Origin: a virus
Lineage: Duplodnaviria > Caudoviricetes
Virus record (IMG/VR): IMGVR_UViG_649989997_000001
Location: 50,552-114,551 of that record
Length of the DNA: 64,000 nucleotides
Direction: 5' to 3' (one strand)
The notes beneath the pieces are model-generated. The model was not told the DNA's origin. It saw nothing but the letters and a program-made list of their open reading frames with translations, and ran no database searches. Below are positions 48,828 to 58,900 of this stretch, in pieces (position 1 is the stretch's first letter; the number at the start of each line of letters is the position of its first letter). The position numbers were made by a program, and so were the translations under genes.

Positions 48828-51210
48828 ATATCAAGAAAAAGATGGCAAGGTATTTTGCCCATTAGCAAATAAGTGGCTTGTTGCAAAACCGGAGGAAAAG
48901 GTTAGGCAGAGATATGTCTGTACTCTTGTGAATGACTATGGGTACTCTTTAGACCAGATGGCGCAAGAGTTAAAAGTCAATAATTCGCAGCGTGGGCAAG
49001 GCAAGGCTCGTGCAGATATTGTAATATGGAAAAGCAAAAAAGATAAAGATGATAAAAAAACAGCTTTTATAGTTATAGAATGCAAAGCTGAAAATGTAAA
49101 AATCCGCGTAGAGGACTACTATCAAGGCTTCAACTATGCCGCTTGGGCACACGCTGATTTCTTTGTTACTACAAACGAGAAGGAAACAAAGTTCTTTAAT
49201 GTTGATCCGGCATTTCTTCCACAAAAACTGGAGGAAGTTGTAGCCATACCTACTGCTAAGGACATCGACGACGCTAAGAAAATTGAGCAAATCAAGAATC
49301 AGACAAAGACATTCACACGTGAGGAATTTACAAAAACTTTACAGGCTTGCCATAACATCATCCGCAATAATGATAAATTATCACCAGAGGCGGCATTTGA
49401 CGAAATCAGCAAACTACTTTTTATGAAAATCAGATATGAGCGTCAGCAAAGAGGCACAAAAGTATTTACCAAAGCGGAATATCTGTCTCAAGCTGATAAT
49501 TACGAAAAAAATATGCGTCCCGGGTTAAAAGCGAGAGGTATTGACCAAGCTTATATGCAGAACCTATTCGACACCACAAAAATCGAATTTAAAGAAGACC
49601 ATCTGTTCGAGGATAATGATGAAATTAAAATCAGAGAGAACAGCTTTGTGCAGATTTTGGAGAAGCTGGAAAATTACAATTTGTCTGATACACAGGATGA
49701 TGTAAAAGGCATCGCTTTTGAGCAATTTCTCGGTACAACTTTTCGCGGTGAACTTGGACAATTCTTTACGCCGAGAACAATTGTGGATTTTATGACGGAG
49801 ATACTCGATCCTCAGGAAGGGGAAGTTATCTGCGATCCAACTTGCGGCTCTGGGGGGTTTCTCATCAAAGCATTTGAATATGTGCGTGAGAAAATAGAGG
49901 CTGATGTCAGATTACAGAAAGAAAAACTGAGAGCTTCTCTTGAAGGAAATGACTTTGACAGCAAGCTGGAAGAAGAACAGATAGAAATCAGCGATAAAAT
50001 AGATGCGATGCAAACTGCACTGAATACTGAACTAGATACTTCTATCAAGGAGAGTCGAATGTATCAGCTTTCCCGCAATTGTATTTATGGAACGGATGCA
50101 AATCCTCGTATGGCACGAACATCCAAAATGAACATGATTATGCATGGTGATGGTCACGGCGGCGTACATCATCACGATGGTCTGCTCAATGTCAACGGTA
50201 TATTCGAGGAAAGATTTGATGTAATTCTGACAAATCCGCCATTTGGTCAGAATGTTGACCGTAATCAGCTCATTTCCGAGGCTGATCGCTTTACTGATGA
50301 GGAGATGAAAAGAAAATACAAACAAAAATATGGGAAATCCTATGATGAAGCTCTTAAACAGGTTGATGACCACATCGGTGCATCCCTACTCTCGCTTTAC
50401 GACCTTGGCAACACAAGTACCCTTACGGAAGTTCTTTTTATGGAGCGGTGTCTTCGTTTGCTCAAAAAAGGTGGAAGGATGGGCATGGTTCTCCCCGAAG
50501 GCGTACTTAACAATAAAAACCTTGCCACAGTCAGAGAATACTTTGAAGGACGTGCAAAACTTATACTCATTTGCTCGATCCCCCAAGATGTGTTCATCGC
50601 AGCAGGAGCAACAGTAAAGCCGTCCCTCGTCTTTATGCGCAAGTTTACAGATGAGGAAGAGCAAGAATATGCTCGTTGTAAAAAAACTGCGCTCGATGAA
50701 GTAACCGCACTTCATCAACCCGAAATCGACGACCTGAATACCACTATCGCCGAATGTAGCTCCAATACAGATATCTTAAAAAAAGATTTGAAGGATGCTC
50801 GTATTCGAATGAAACAGGCAAAAAAAGCAAAAGATGCGGATTTCTCTGCAATTGAGAAAGAGGTCGAAGCCATTCAGCTGGAACAGAAAGAAAACAGAGA
50901 CTCGAAGAAGTCTGCAGAGAAGGCTCTCAAAGACCTGCAGAAACAGATCGCGGATGAGACCAAACCCGTCGTAAAGAAAAAATTTGACTACGATGTGCCG
51001 ATTGCAAAGATCGATGATGCAGGAATCACTACCACCGGAGCGGCATCAGAAGGCAATCAGTTACCTGCCTTGGTGAATGAATATCGGGATTATCGAATTC
51101 AGAACCACTTATGGTATTCAGAAAAAATCAATGTCGAATACAGTCTTAATGCAGACGGATTTTATTGCAGAAACAGCCATGAAAAGGAGGTTGTATTAAA
51201 TGAACAATAA
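48814..51210 (+). CDS. Fused restriction endonuclease (HsdR_N-like) and N6-adenine methyltransferase
   Basis: PEEKVRQ..ADIVIW..IECK nuclease; GQFFTPR, DPTCGSGGF, TNPPFG, VLPEG. Confidence 0.9.
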   Translation: MAKLEYQEKDGKVFCPLANKWLVAKPEEKVRQRYVCTLVNDYGYSLDQMAQELKVNNSQRGQGKARADIVIWKSKKDKDDKKTAFIVIECKAENVKIRVEDYYQGFNYAAWAHADFFVTTNEKETKFFNVDPAFLPQKLEEVVAIPTAKDIDDAKKIEQIKNQTKTFTREEFTKTLQACHNIIRNNDKLSPEAAFDEISKLLFMKIRYERQQRGTKVFTKAEYLSQADNYEKNMRPGLKARGIDQAYMQNLFDTTKIEFKEDHLFEDNDEIKIRENSFVQILEKLENYNLSDTQDDVKGIAFEQFLGTTFRGELGQFFTPRTIVDFMTEILDPQEGEVICDPTCGSGGFLIKAFEYVREKIEADVRLQKEKLRASLEGNDFDSKLEEEQIEISDKIDAMQTALNTELDTSIKESRMYQLSRNCIYGTDANPRMARTSKMNMIMHGDGHGGVHHHDGLLNVNGIFEERFDVILTNPPFGQNVDRNQLISEADRFTDEEMKRKYKQKYGKSYDEALKQVDDHIGASLLSLYDLGNTSTLTEVLFMERCLRLLKKGGRMGMVLPEGVLNNKNLATVREYFEGRAKLILICSIPQDVFIAAGATVKPSLVFMRKFTDEEEQEYARCKKTALDEVTALHQPEIDDLNTTIAECSSNTDILKKDLKDARIRMKQAKKAKDADFSAIEKEVEAIQLEQKENRDSKKSAEKALKDLQKQIADETKPVVKKKFDYDVPIAKIDDAGITTTGAASEGNQLPALVNEYRDYRIQNHLWYSEKINVEYSLNADGFYCRNSHEKEVVLNEQ

Positions 51211-52579
51211 GTCGGCCATCCTTTCCAATGTTTTGTTTTCTTCACTTGGGCAGTGGGATGTAAAGCAGTTTCTGCTAAACAAGATAAAGTCAATCTATCC
51301 AGTAGAGCCATTAGGAAAGCATTTAATTCATCAAACAGAAAAGATTCAGCTATCCGATTACCCTGATGAGGATTGCACTATTCTTGGCGTTTCCAATAAG
51401 GTCGGAATGTTTGATGCCGGTGTTAAAAAGGGTAAGAAGATAAAGCAGAAATACCACAGGGTAGAAAGCGGTTGGCTTGCTTATAACCCGTACAGGATCA
51501 ATGTCGGCTCTATAGGCATTAAAACAGCCGATTTAAAAGGTGACTACATCAGTCCCGCATATGTCGTTTTCAGCTGCATGGAAACTCTAATTCCACAATT
51601 CTTATGGTTGATGATGAGGAGCGAATACTTCAACACTTTAATCAAAGATTCAACCACAGGTTCGGTTAGACAAACGTTGAGTTATGAAAAATTAGCAGCT
51701 ATTGAGGCACCTATTCCGCCAATCCCGGAACAAGAACAGATCCTAAAGGTATATCACGCCACGATTGCGGCGGCCGAAAAAAGTATGTCTGACGGGGACG
51801 ATTTCAGCAGTGGCTTACTATTCGATATCCAGTCTACAGTTTCAGATTTGAAGGAGCAGGATGTGTCGACAGCGACAACATCATCGATTCTTCAAATCAT
51901 ATCTTATTCATCCGTATCACGCTGGGAAGTTGCGTTTGGTTTAAAAGAAGGCAAATTGGACAAGGTCTATAACAGTTTCAAATCCCCCATACACACAATT
52001 GCGGAACTTACAAAGGAGTCGCTTTTCGGGCTGTCGATAAAGGCATCTCCCACACAGAAAACGGGTATGATACCAATGCTGCGAATGCCTAACATCGTCG
52101 ATGGGGCGCTTGATTTAGACGATTTAAAGTACTTACCACGCAAAACTGCGACTACGGCAAGGGAGCCGGATAAATGGTTATTACGTAAAGGCGACTTCCT
52201 GATTAACAGAACAAACAGCAAAGAGCTCGTTGGGAAATCAGCAGTCTTTAACCTTGACGGCGATTACACCTATGCCTCATACGTCATACGGTATCGGTTT
52301 GATACTTCTATAGTTTTGCCAGAATATGTGAACATCCTATTCATGCTTCCATTGGTACGATTTCAAATCGATACTATGAGCAGACAAACAGCAGGACAGT
52401 GTAATATAAATAGTGACGAAATAGGTTCTATCCGTATCCCGATTCCCTCAATCTCAGAGCAAGAGGAAATCATCAAGAAATACTACTCCACAAAAGACGG
52501 AGCCGACAAGTTCTATACAAAAGCTGAAGAATTAAGGAAAAAAGCCTACACAGATTTCGAGAAGACTATATTTGCGTAA
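51200..52579 (+). CDS. R-M specificity subunit (two TRDs)
   Basis: ISPAYVVF...PIPPIPEQEQI and GDFLINRTNS...PIPSISEQEEI. Confidence 0.88.
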   Translation: MNNKSAILSNVLFSSLGQWDVKQFLLNKIKSIYPVEPLGKHLIHQTEKIQLSDYPDEDCTILGVSNKVGMFDAGVKKGKKIKQKYHRVESGWLAYNPYRINVGSIGIKTADLKGDYISPAYVVFSCMETLIPQFLWLMMRSEYFNTLIKDSTTGSVRQTLSYEKLAAIEAPIPPIPEQEQILKVYHATIAAAEKSMSDGDDFSSGLLFDIQSTVSDLKEQDVSTATTSSILQIISYSSVSRWEVAFGLKEGKLDKVYNSFKSPIHTIAELTKESLFGLSIKASPTQKTGMIPMLRMPNIVDGALDLDDLKYLPRKTATTAREPDKWLLRKGDFLINRTNSKELVGKSAVFNLDGDYTYASYVIRYRFDTSIVLPEYVNILFMLPLVRFQIDTMSRQTAGQCNINSDEIGSIRIPIPSISEQEEIIKKYYSTKDGADKFYTKAEELRKKAYTDFEKTIFA

Positions 52580-52583
52580 ATCT

Positions 52584-52616
52584 GAAGGCACGGAGAAAAA
52601 ATCTTTCCGTGCCTTT
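52584..52616. terminator. Terminator between the convergent S subunit and DUF4314 genes
   Basis: AAGGCACGGA...TCCGTGCCTT. Confidence 0.7.
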
Positions 52617-52634
52617 CCTCAACTCCTCATCTTT

Positions 52635-52886
52635 TTACTGTTGATGGCTTGACTTTTTATTTGCAGCCTTCATACTTCGGAATTCGTCCACTTCAGGAAT
52701 AAGGCTTAGGGATGAGCCATTTTGCCAGCGCACCAAAATGCTTCCAGCATCGTCTACTCCCCAAACCGTCCCCAATGTCCCGGCAGGAGGCGCTTGGGTA
52801 TCTTCTATCGAGATAATCTCGACCACCGTCCCCGCGGGGTACTTTTTGCGGAACATTTCGATGTGTTCTTTACTGGGAAATTTCAT
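52635..52886 (-). CDS. DUF4314 protein (satellite copy)
   Basis: YPAGTVVE...APPAGTLGTVWGVDDAGSILVRWQNGSSLSLIP. Confidence 0.85.
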   Translation of the reverse strand: MKFPSKEHIEMFRKKYPAGTVVEIISIEDTQAPPAGTLGTVWGVDDAGSILVRWQNGSSLSLIPEVDEFRSMKAANKKSSHQQ

Positions 52887-53680
52887 TATAAGCAGTCTCC
52901 TTTGCGATGTCCGCATTTGAATGCACTGTTCCCCCAAAGATTCTGAAGGAGAATTTTCCGGGTGGTCTTATACTTATTTCCAATCAACCCCAATCGCAAA
53001 AGGAAGCAGCGGAATGCGTACTTGGGGTTGTCCACTTTCTTTTCTTTGGCAAGTACACGCTTCTGCCGCTGTGCCATATCGCACAGCTTGCTGATGAAAT
53101 CAGCGTAGGCACGATACGCCTCCGGCGTGAGTGTTCCGTGAAACCATGCGAAAGTAATCCGCTCCTCTGTCAGCGTATAGTTTACCTCCTCGATGTCGAA
53201 CGCCGCCTTGATGAGATTCCCTTTGCTTTTGAGCAAGGCATCTAAATTTGCCAATGCAGTGTCGGAGAAATTTTCCCTCGGCATACTGATAGAAAGATTG
53301 ACGATATCCTCCTGTGACTCAATGGGGGCAGATTCCTCCATGATGTGTTCCTCGACTGTCTGCGCCATCGCTTCAATCTCCGTAATCTGTGTACCCTCCT
53401 CCTGCAGAGTGTCCTTGGCCTCTTCCATACTGCTGTCAGTGAGAACATCCCCTTCGGACTGCTCTGCCATGAATCCTGCTGCTTCAATGGCTGCGAGGAC
53501 GTTTGCCGTCTGCTCATCCTTCTCGAAAATCAGCACGCCGTGCTTAGTGACCTCGTAACTGCCAATCTGAAAGGCAAAGCTCGGTGTCCCCATATACTTT
53601 GGTCTGATTCCCAAAGCATCTCCGATAGTCTTGACTAGGCGCTTGCGGTCTGCTCCGCTCACGTTGTAATTGCGTTCCAT
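52886..53680 (-). CDS. Phage 'virulence-related' family protein (satellite copy)
   Basis: RKRLV...PKYMGTPSFAF...NPKYAFRCFLLRLGLIG...RKILLQNL.GNSAFK; homolog of 62560-63309. Confidence 0.8.
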   Translation of the reverse strand: MERNYNVSGADRKRLVKTIGDALGIRPKYMGTPSFAFQIGSYEVTKHGVLIFEKDEQTANVLAAIEAAGFMAEQSEGDVLTDSSMEEAKDTLQEEGTQITEIEAMAQTVEEHIMEESAPIESQEDIVNLSISMPRENFSDTALANLDALLKSKGNLIKAAFDIEEVNYTLTEERITFAWFHGTLTPEAYRAYADFISKLCDMAQRQKRVLAKEKKVDNPKYAFRCFLLRLGLIGNKYKTTRKILLQNLWGNSAFKCGHRKGDCL

Positions 53681-53878
53681 GATGTTGTCCTCCTTTGTAA
53701 TGGTGTGGTTTTCCATGTCTATCTATCACTCGCCGAGGCAGAAATTGCAAGTACTTTTTGAGATATACTCTCATAAAGCAACGACCATGCAGGATTTTTG
53801 CATCCACATGGTCGTCTTCCTCTTGAAGATTGTCGATAAAACTACGTTGATTATGTATCCCTAAGAAAACTCATCTTT

Positions 53879-54292
53879 GTAGAATTTGGTGTATCTCTTC
53901 TTGCCGTTGCGCTTATCTGACTGAAAGAGCACGGCGAAGTACGGAGCGACATCGTCCTTGCCCGCCTTCATCACGCCGTTCTCGATACTGTGTCCCAAAA
54001 GATAGGCTGTGTATTCCAAAGGAAGCGCGGCAGTATCGAAGGTGAGGTCGTAGGATGCGGTATTCGATGCCGTATCTACGGACTGCCCGTCGGCGAAAAG
54101 CTCCGCCTGATTCGTCTGTGGCTTGATGTCCACCTTACGCAGAAGTTTTCCGAGCGGAATCGGAGCCTCGTAGGTCGCCGCTCCTCCTGCCACATCGGTG
54201 AGCATCTTCGCGATATGAAGTTTCTGGATGTTGATGAACTGCCCGCTCGTAAGATTTGCGGCGGGCTTTCCAGTTGGTGTTGGACTTGGCAT
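53879..54292 (-). pseudogene. Major tail protein (phi13-like), 5' fragment
   Basis: INIQKLHIAKM...ELFADG...YLLGH...APYFAVLFQSDKRNGKKRYTKFY; reads into the satellite to end DEFS*. Confidence 0.88.
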
Positions 54293-54293
54293 T

Positions 54294-54656
54294 TTATTCT
54301 CCCTCTACTGCTGTTCTGTAGTCTGTGATTTCAACGAAAATATCTTTCTCAAAAAACTCCTGCGTCTGCGCCCGAACAAAGCCGAGCGGCAGAAGCGCCT
54401 TCTGTACAGCTTTATGAATCTCCCGAAAGCGTCCGTCCTTTGTCAGAACGTGGATGCGCAGCGTTATGCACCGTTCCAGTTCTGCGCCGTCTGCCGAGAG
54501 CACGGGAACATCGGAGATCACCGAATAGACGATGATCGGGTATGTCCCTGCGTCGGGGCTGCGTCCGTGGTAGATGCTCTTCTTCCCGTGTGCAAGAAGC
54601 TGCGTCACATCGCGTGAATGAGAAAGCGCCTGATATACGGCTCGTGCAACACTCAT
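54294..54656 (-). CDS. Tail completion/terminator protein
   Basis: Position between HK97-gp10 and the major tail gene; YPIIVY. Confidence 0.7.
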   Translation of the reverse strand: MSVARAVYQALSHSRDVTQLLAHGKKSIYHGRSPDAGTYPIIVYSVISDVPVLSADGAELERCITLRIHVLTKDGRFREIHKAVQKALLPLGFVRAQTQEFFEKDIFVEITDYRTAVEGE

Positions 54657-55051
54657 CTTCCTCTCCGCCGTATCGCAGACCGCACGGCATCCACAATGGC
54701 AGAGCGGATACCGTCCTTCTTGGCGTCAAGTGCGGGATAGAGAAATGGGCGGTTGATTCTCGGGCTGAACTCGACAAGCACGCCGTAGGGCACACCGTCC
54801 TGAGATTCTGCATCCGCCGCGATGCGCCAGACAGAGCCGTCCTTTCGACGCAGCCGCTTGTGGATGGAGTCACGGAGTGCGCCCTTGACCACGCGCTTAT
54901 CTGTTCCCGTATAGACGGGACAGCGATTCTTTGCCTCTGCGACCACATCGTCCGCACCGTGTGCGAGGGCTTCCTTTGCCGCAGCCGTCGCCTCTGCGCC
55001 GAGTTCCGAAAGGATCTTCTCGGCAGAGACGAAACCTCGGTATCTAGCCAT
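54653..55051 (-). CDS. HK97 gp10-family protein
   Basis: AKNRCPV..G.LRDSI...VEF...RPFLYPA. Confidence 0.85.
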   Translation of the reverse strand: MARYRGFVSAEKILSELGAEATAAAKEALAHGADDVVAEAKNRCPVYTGTDKRVVKGALRDSIHKRLRRKDGSVWRIAADAESQDGVPYGVLVEFSPRINRPFLYPALDAKKDGIRSAIVDAVRSAIRRRGR

Positions 55052-55382
55052 CCTCCACCAACTCCCTGCATTCCAGAACAAGCCATTGCTTCTTCCCGCC
55101 GAGCGGATAGGGCGGCGCAATCGGCGTGAGCGTTTTATCTCCCCAACGGATACGATCCGTCACTCGTACATTCGCACGGTAACGGATAACGACACGATGA
55201 TCCACCTCCTGCACCTTCTCCGCATATCCGTCCGAGATTTTTGCGGCAAAGGGCAGAACGAGTGCCCACGCCTTTCCTACTTCCTGCGTTGTTTGCGCGA
55301 GGATATTCCCCTCATCGTCCGTATCCGTCACAGGTCGCAGAATGGAAATTCGGTGACGCAGTTCACTCATGGACACTCTCAC
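55044..55382 (-). CDS. Head closure / head-tail adaptor
   Basis: ELRHRISI...WA...VIRYR..V...DRI. Confidence 0.85.
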   Translation of the reverse strand: MRVSMSELRHRISILRPVTDTDDEGNILAQTTQEVGKAWALVLPFAAKISDGYAEKVQEVDHRVVIRYRANVRVTDRIRWGDKTLTPIAPPYPLGGKKQWLVLECRELVEDG

Positions 55383-55658
55383 CTAAAAGACCTCCTTCCG
55401 TACACCAAAGAGCAGAGAGCGCAATGTCAGCGCAAGACCTCTGTGATCCGCTTCCTCCCGGTGCTCGTAGAGATAGGACACGGCATAGAGAATTGCAACG
55501 CGCACAATCGCCTGATCTTCAACCTTGGACAGCTTCTTCACGCGCAGTAATGCTGTACAGATTTGTTCTGCCGTTTCCGTAAAGTGCGTGAGGAGATCAT
55601 CCTCTTCATCGCCGTCAATCCTAAGATACTGCTTGACTGCTGCAAGCGGCACAAGCAT
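55383..55658 (-). CDS. Head-tail connector (gp6-like)
   Basis: VKQYLRIDGDEEDDLL...AVSYLYEHRE. Confidence 0.88.
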   Translation of the reverse strand: MLVPLAAVKQYLRIDGDEEDDLLTHFTETAEQICTALLRVKKLSKVEDQAIVRVAILYAVSYLYEHREEADHRGLALTLRSLLFGVRKEVF

Positions 55659-55694
55659 AGAACCACCTCTCTTCTTTTGCCGCATATTTCACAA

Positions 55695-56870
55695 TCAGCC
55701 CTTCATCTTAAGCGTCTGCACGGCTTCCTCAAGAACGAGCTTTCCGTCTACCCGCTCCTTCATGACGTAGCCGACCATACCGTTGCCTGCAAACAGCTCC
55801 TTGAGTTCCTGCAGGGAACGTGTCCCACGGTCGCCGATGTTGTAGTAGGAGTAATCCCCGAATGCAATGACGATCTTTCCCGCCTCGACAGCGGGCATAT
55901 ACGCCGAGGAGTAGACGGGATAGCCGAGCAGACGGTCGGGTTCGCCCATCTGATACGACGGCTGCCAGAAGTATGCGCCATTCGCATCCTTGAGTTTGCG
56001 GATGCTGGCAAGCGTCTGGTCGTTGACGATGAATGCTGCATTCTTGCGGTAGGGACGCTTGAGGTTGTAGACGAGTGTCACGAGTTCGTCTGCCTTGAGG
56101 TCGGCTGCCGCCGTGGTAACGGATGTCTTTGCCGAGGCAAGAAGTCCCTTCGGCTTGTGCGTCCCATCGCCGTTCAGGAATGCGTCCTCCTCTGCGTTGC
56201 CGAGTGCCTTGCCGAACTGCTCGATGAGATAGCTCTCAAGGTTGAATGCGTTATCATAGAGAAGTTCCTCCGTCACCTTGACCGCAACATGGAGCTTGTG
56301 CGCGTCGAGGACGATCTGGTCAAAGGTCGCATCCCCGAAGGTGAGCGGCGCACCTTCCTCAATCCACGATGCGGCGGGCTTTGTGGCGGCAATGTTGATC
56401 TTATGCTCTCCGCTTGTGGTAATCACCGTCGCAAGCGGGCGCAGAACGTTCTCCTCATTCAGAACGTCGATCAGACGCTGATCGTATTCCTCGGGAACGA
56501 GATAGCCGCCGTTTGCATCCACGCCTTCCTGCAGGACGTTCTCCACCTGCCGGAAATTCGTACGCAGTGCCTTGAGCATTGCCGCACGGTATGCCTTGCT
56601 TGCACGCCCCGTCTTTTCAGAAGACAATCCTGCCCCCGGAGTGTTGGTGATCGCCGCTGTCACAGGCTTTGCGAGCTGCGCGTCGAGAATCGCCTGACGC
56701 TCCATGCGCTCGATGTCCTTCCCGAGCGCAAGCACCTCATTCTCCATCTGCTCGTACGCTTTGGCATCCTCTGCCGTAAGACGACCGTCCTTTTCGTGAG
56801 AATCCAGAAACTGCTTTGCCTGTTCCCACATTTCCGCACGCTTCTCGCGCATTGCCATGATCTTATCCAT
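55695..56870 (-). CDS. Major capsid protein (HK97 family)
   Basis: N-terminal coiled-coil delta domain, GGYLVPEE, EEDAFLNGDG..KPKG, FGDYSYY. Confidence 0.95.
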   Translation of the reverse strand: MDKIMAMREKRAEMWEQAKQFLDSHEKDGRLTAEDAKAYEQMENEVLALGKDIERMERQAILDAQLAKPVTAAITNTPGAGLSSEKTGRASKAYRAAMLKALRTNFRQVENVLQEGVDANGGYLVPEEYDQRLIDVLNEENVLRPLATVITTSGEHKINIAATKPAASWIEEGAPLTFGDATFDQIVLDAHKLHVAVKVTEELLYDNAFNLESYLIEQFGKALGNAEEDAFLNGDGTHKPKGLLASAKTSVTTAAADLKADELVTLVYNLKRPYRKNAAFIVNDQTLASIRKLKDANGAYFWQPSYQMGEPDRLLGYPVYSSAYMPAVEAGKIVIAFGDYSYYNIGDRGTRSLQELKELFAGNGMVGYVMKERVDGKLVLEEAVQTLKMKG

Positions 56871-56885
56871 GTTCTTTTTCCTCCG

Positions 56886-57581
56886 TTAATGCGAAATAGA
56901 AAAGAGCCGCTTCTTAAACGGCTCTGCATCGACATTAGTATTTTGCGTTCCCTGCCCGAATTTCGAGAGCAGAGAGTTCGTGACGGCGGCACGGGAGAAG
57001 ATCAGTCCGTCCTCCATATCCGTCACAGGACGCTGAACGTCCGCATAGAGAACAGAATCTGCAAATCCAAGCTCCACTGCTTTCTTTGCGTTCATCCACG
57101 TTTCGGCATCCATGAGCCTTGAAATCTTGGCACGGGACAATCCCGTCCTTAACTCATAGGCGTTGATGATGCTCTCCTTGATCTCGGCAAGGAATGTGAT
57201 TGTCCGCTCCATTTCGTGCGTGTCTCCGATGGAAACAGTCATCGGATTATGGATCATAATGGTGGCCACGGGCGACATCTCAACTGTTGTTCCTGCCATC
57301 GCAACAACAGAGGCAGCTGATGCCGCAATCCCGTCAATCTTGACATTGACGTTTCCCTTATACTCCATGAGCATATTGTAGATCTGTGCCGCTGCATAGC
57401 AGTCGCCGCCCGGCGAGTTGATCCAGAGGTCAATATCTCCCTCAGCTGCGTTCAGCTCAGAGCGAAACGTCTGGGGTGTGACTTCATCGCCCCACCACGT
57501 CTCGTCCGAGATTTCACCGTCCAGAAGCAAGATTCGCTTCTCTCCCTCGTTCCGTACCCAGTTCCAAAATTTACGCTTCAT
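56886..57581 (-). CDS. ClpP-like prohead protease
   Basis: INSPGGD, DGIAASAASV, MIHNP, ETWM. Confidence 0.93.
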   Translation of the reverse strand: MKRKFWNWVRNEGEKRILLLDGEISDETWWGDEVTPQTFRSELNAAEGDIDLWINSPGGDCYAAAQIYNMLMEYKGNVNVKIDGIAASAASVVAMAGTTVEMSPVATIMIHNPMTVSIGDTHEMERTITFLAEIKESIINAYELRTGLSRAKISRLMDAETWMNAKKAVELGFADSVLYADVQRPVTDMEDGLIFSRAAVTNSLLSKFGQGTQNTNVDAEPFKKRLFSISH

Positions 57582-58824
57582 CGCTTTCTCCCTCCTGATT
57601 TCCTGCGAACAAGCCCGCATCCTTCAGTTTCGTCATATTCCCGTTGATAAGGTATAGATCGCCGCCCTCGCTAGATTCAATCGGATTCATGTCTTCGAGA
57701 CTGCGGATGTCGTTTGCCGAGAGCCATCCGTTCTGCCGCCCGATGGCATATCCCTCCATGCGGCTCTTGTAGTCTCCGCGCAGCAACCCGTCCACGTTGA
57801 AACGGATGAAGTAGTCCTTCCGCTCTTTATCCGTCAGCAGTGCTTTTTGCAGGGACTGCTCCCACCGCACCACCCACGGATTCAGTGTGTATTTGACAAA
57901 TTCAAGCGACTGCTGCTCGATATTTGAGAAACTGGACTTCTCCAAGTCTCCCACCATATGCGGCGGCACACGATAGAGCCGTGCGATCTCGTCGATCTGG
58001 AACTTCCTCGTCTCTAGGAACTGAGCCTCCTCGGGCGGTATGGCAATCTGCTGATATTTCACGCCCTCTTCCAGCACAGCAATCCTGCCTGTGTTCATTG
58101 TACCGCCGTAGACGGCGTGCCAGCTCTCACGGAGCTTCGACGGATCTTTGAGAACCCCCGGATGTTCGAGTACGCCGCCCGGACGCGCACCGTTCTTGAA
58201 GAATGCCGCGCCGTACTCTTCCGTTGCCAGAGCGATGCCGATGGCATTCTTCGCCATAGCGATGGGGCTGTAGCCCACAAGACCATCGAAGCCGAGTCCC
58301 GGAATATGCAGCACATCCTCACGTCGCAGACGAATCTGCCCCTTATCCGCAAAATTCGGATTCTCCTCCGTGCTTCTGGTGTAGGTGTAGTAGAGTTCGC
58401 CTGTGTGGCTGTCACGGCTCACCTCCATCTTGTCCGGGAGCAGCGGATAGAGACCAAGAACACGTCCACTGCCATCCCGAAGTATCTGGGCATAGGCGTT
58501 TCCCCACAGAAGAAGGTGAATCATCATTGTTTCGCGAAATATAAAGGAGGTCATCTCGGGATTCGGTGCATCGTGGAGCAGGAGGTACAGCGGGTGCTCC
58601 GGCACGCGCTCTTTGCCCTGCCCTTTGTATGCGTAAACATGAAGGGGCAGCCCTGCGATGGATTCTGCGAGGATGCGGCCACAAGCGTAGACTGCCGTCG
58701 TCTGCATCGCGGTTCTCTCATTGACCGCCTTGCCCGCCGCCGTCTGCCCAAACAAAAAGGACAAGCCGCCGAGATGATTCATGGGCTTGTCCCGCGAACG
58801 GAAGAGTTTTGTAAAGAAATTCAT
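57571..58824 (-). CDS. Portal protein (HK97 family)
   Basis: AVYAC..ILAESIAGLPL, LLWGNAY, GYSPI, QFLETRKFQIDEIAR. Confidence 0.95.
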   Translation of the reverse strand: MNFFTKLFRSRDKPMNHLGGLSFLFGQTAAGKAVNERTAMQTTAVYACGRILAESIAGLPLHVYAYKGQGKERVPEHPLYLLLHDAPNPEMTSFIFRETMMIHLLLWGNAYAQILRDGSGRVLGLYPLLPDKMEVSRDSHTGELYYTYTRSTEENPNFADKGQIRLRREDVLHIPGLGFDGLVGYSPIAMAKNAIGIALATEEYGAAFFKNGARPGGVLEHPGVLKDPSKLRESWHAVYGGTMNTGRIAVLEEGVKYQQIAIPPEEAQFLETRKFQIDEIARLYRVPPHMVGDLEKSSFSNIEQQSLEFVKYTLNPWVVRWEQSLQKALLTDKERKDYFIRFNVDGLLRGDYKSRMEGYAIGRQNGWLSANDIRSLEDMNPIESSEGGDLYLINGNMTKLKDAGLFAGNQEGESDEA

Positions 58825-58900
58825 ATAATCCCCCCCTTGAAGATGATTGTATGCTATGATATACATATTTTTTTTTAGACTTGCAGAAAGGATGCTTCTG

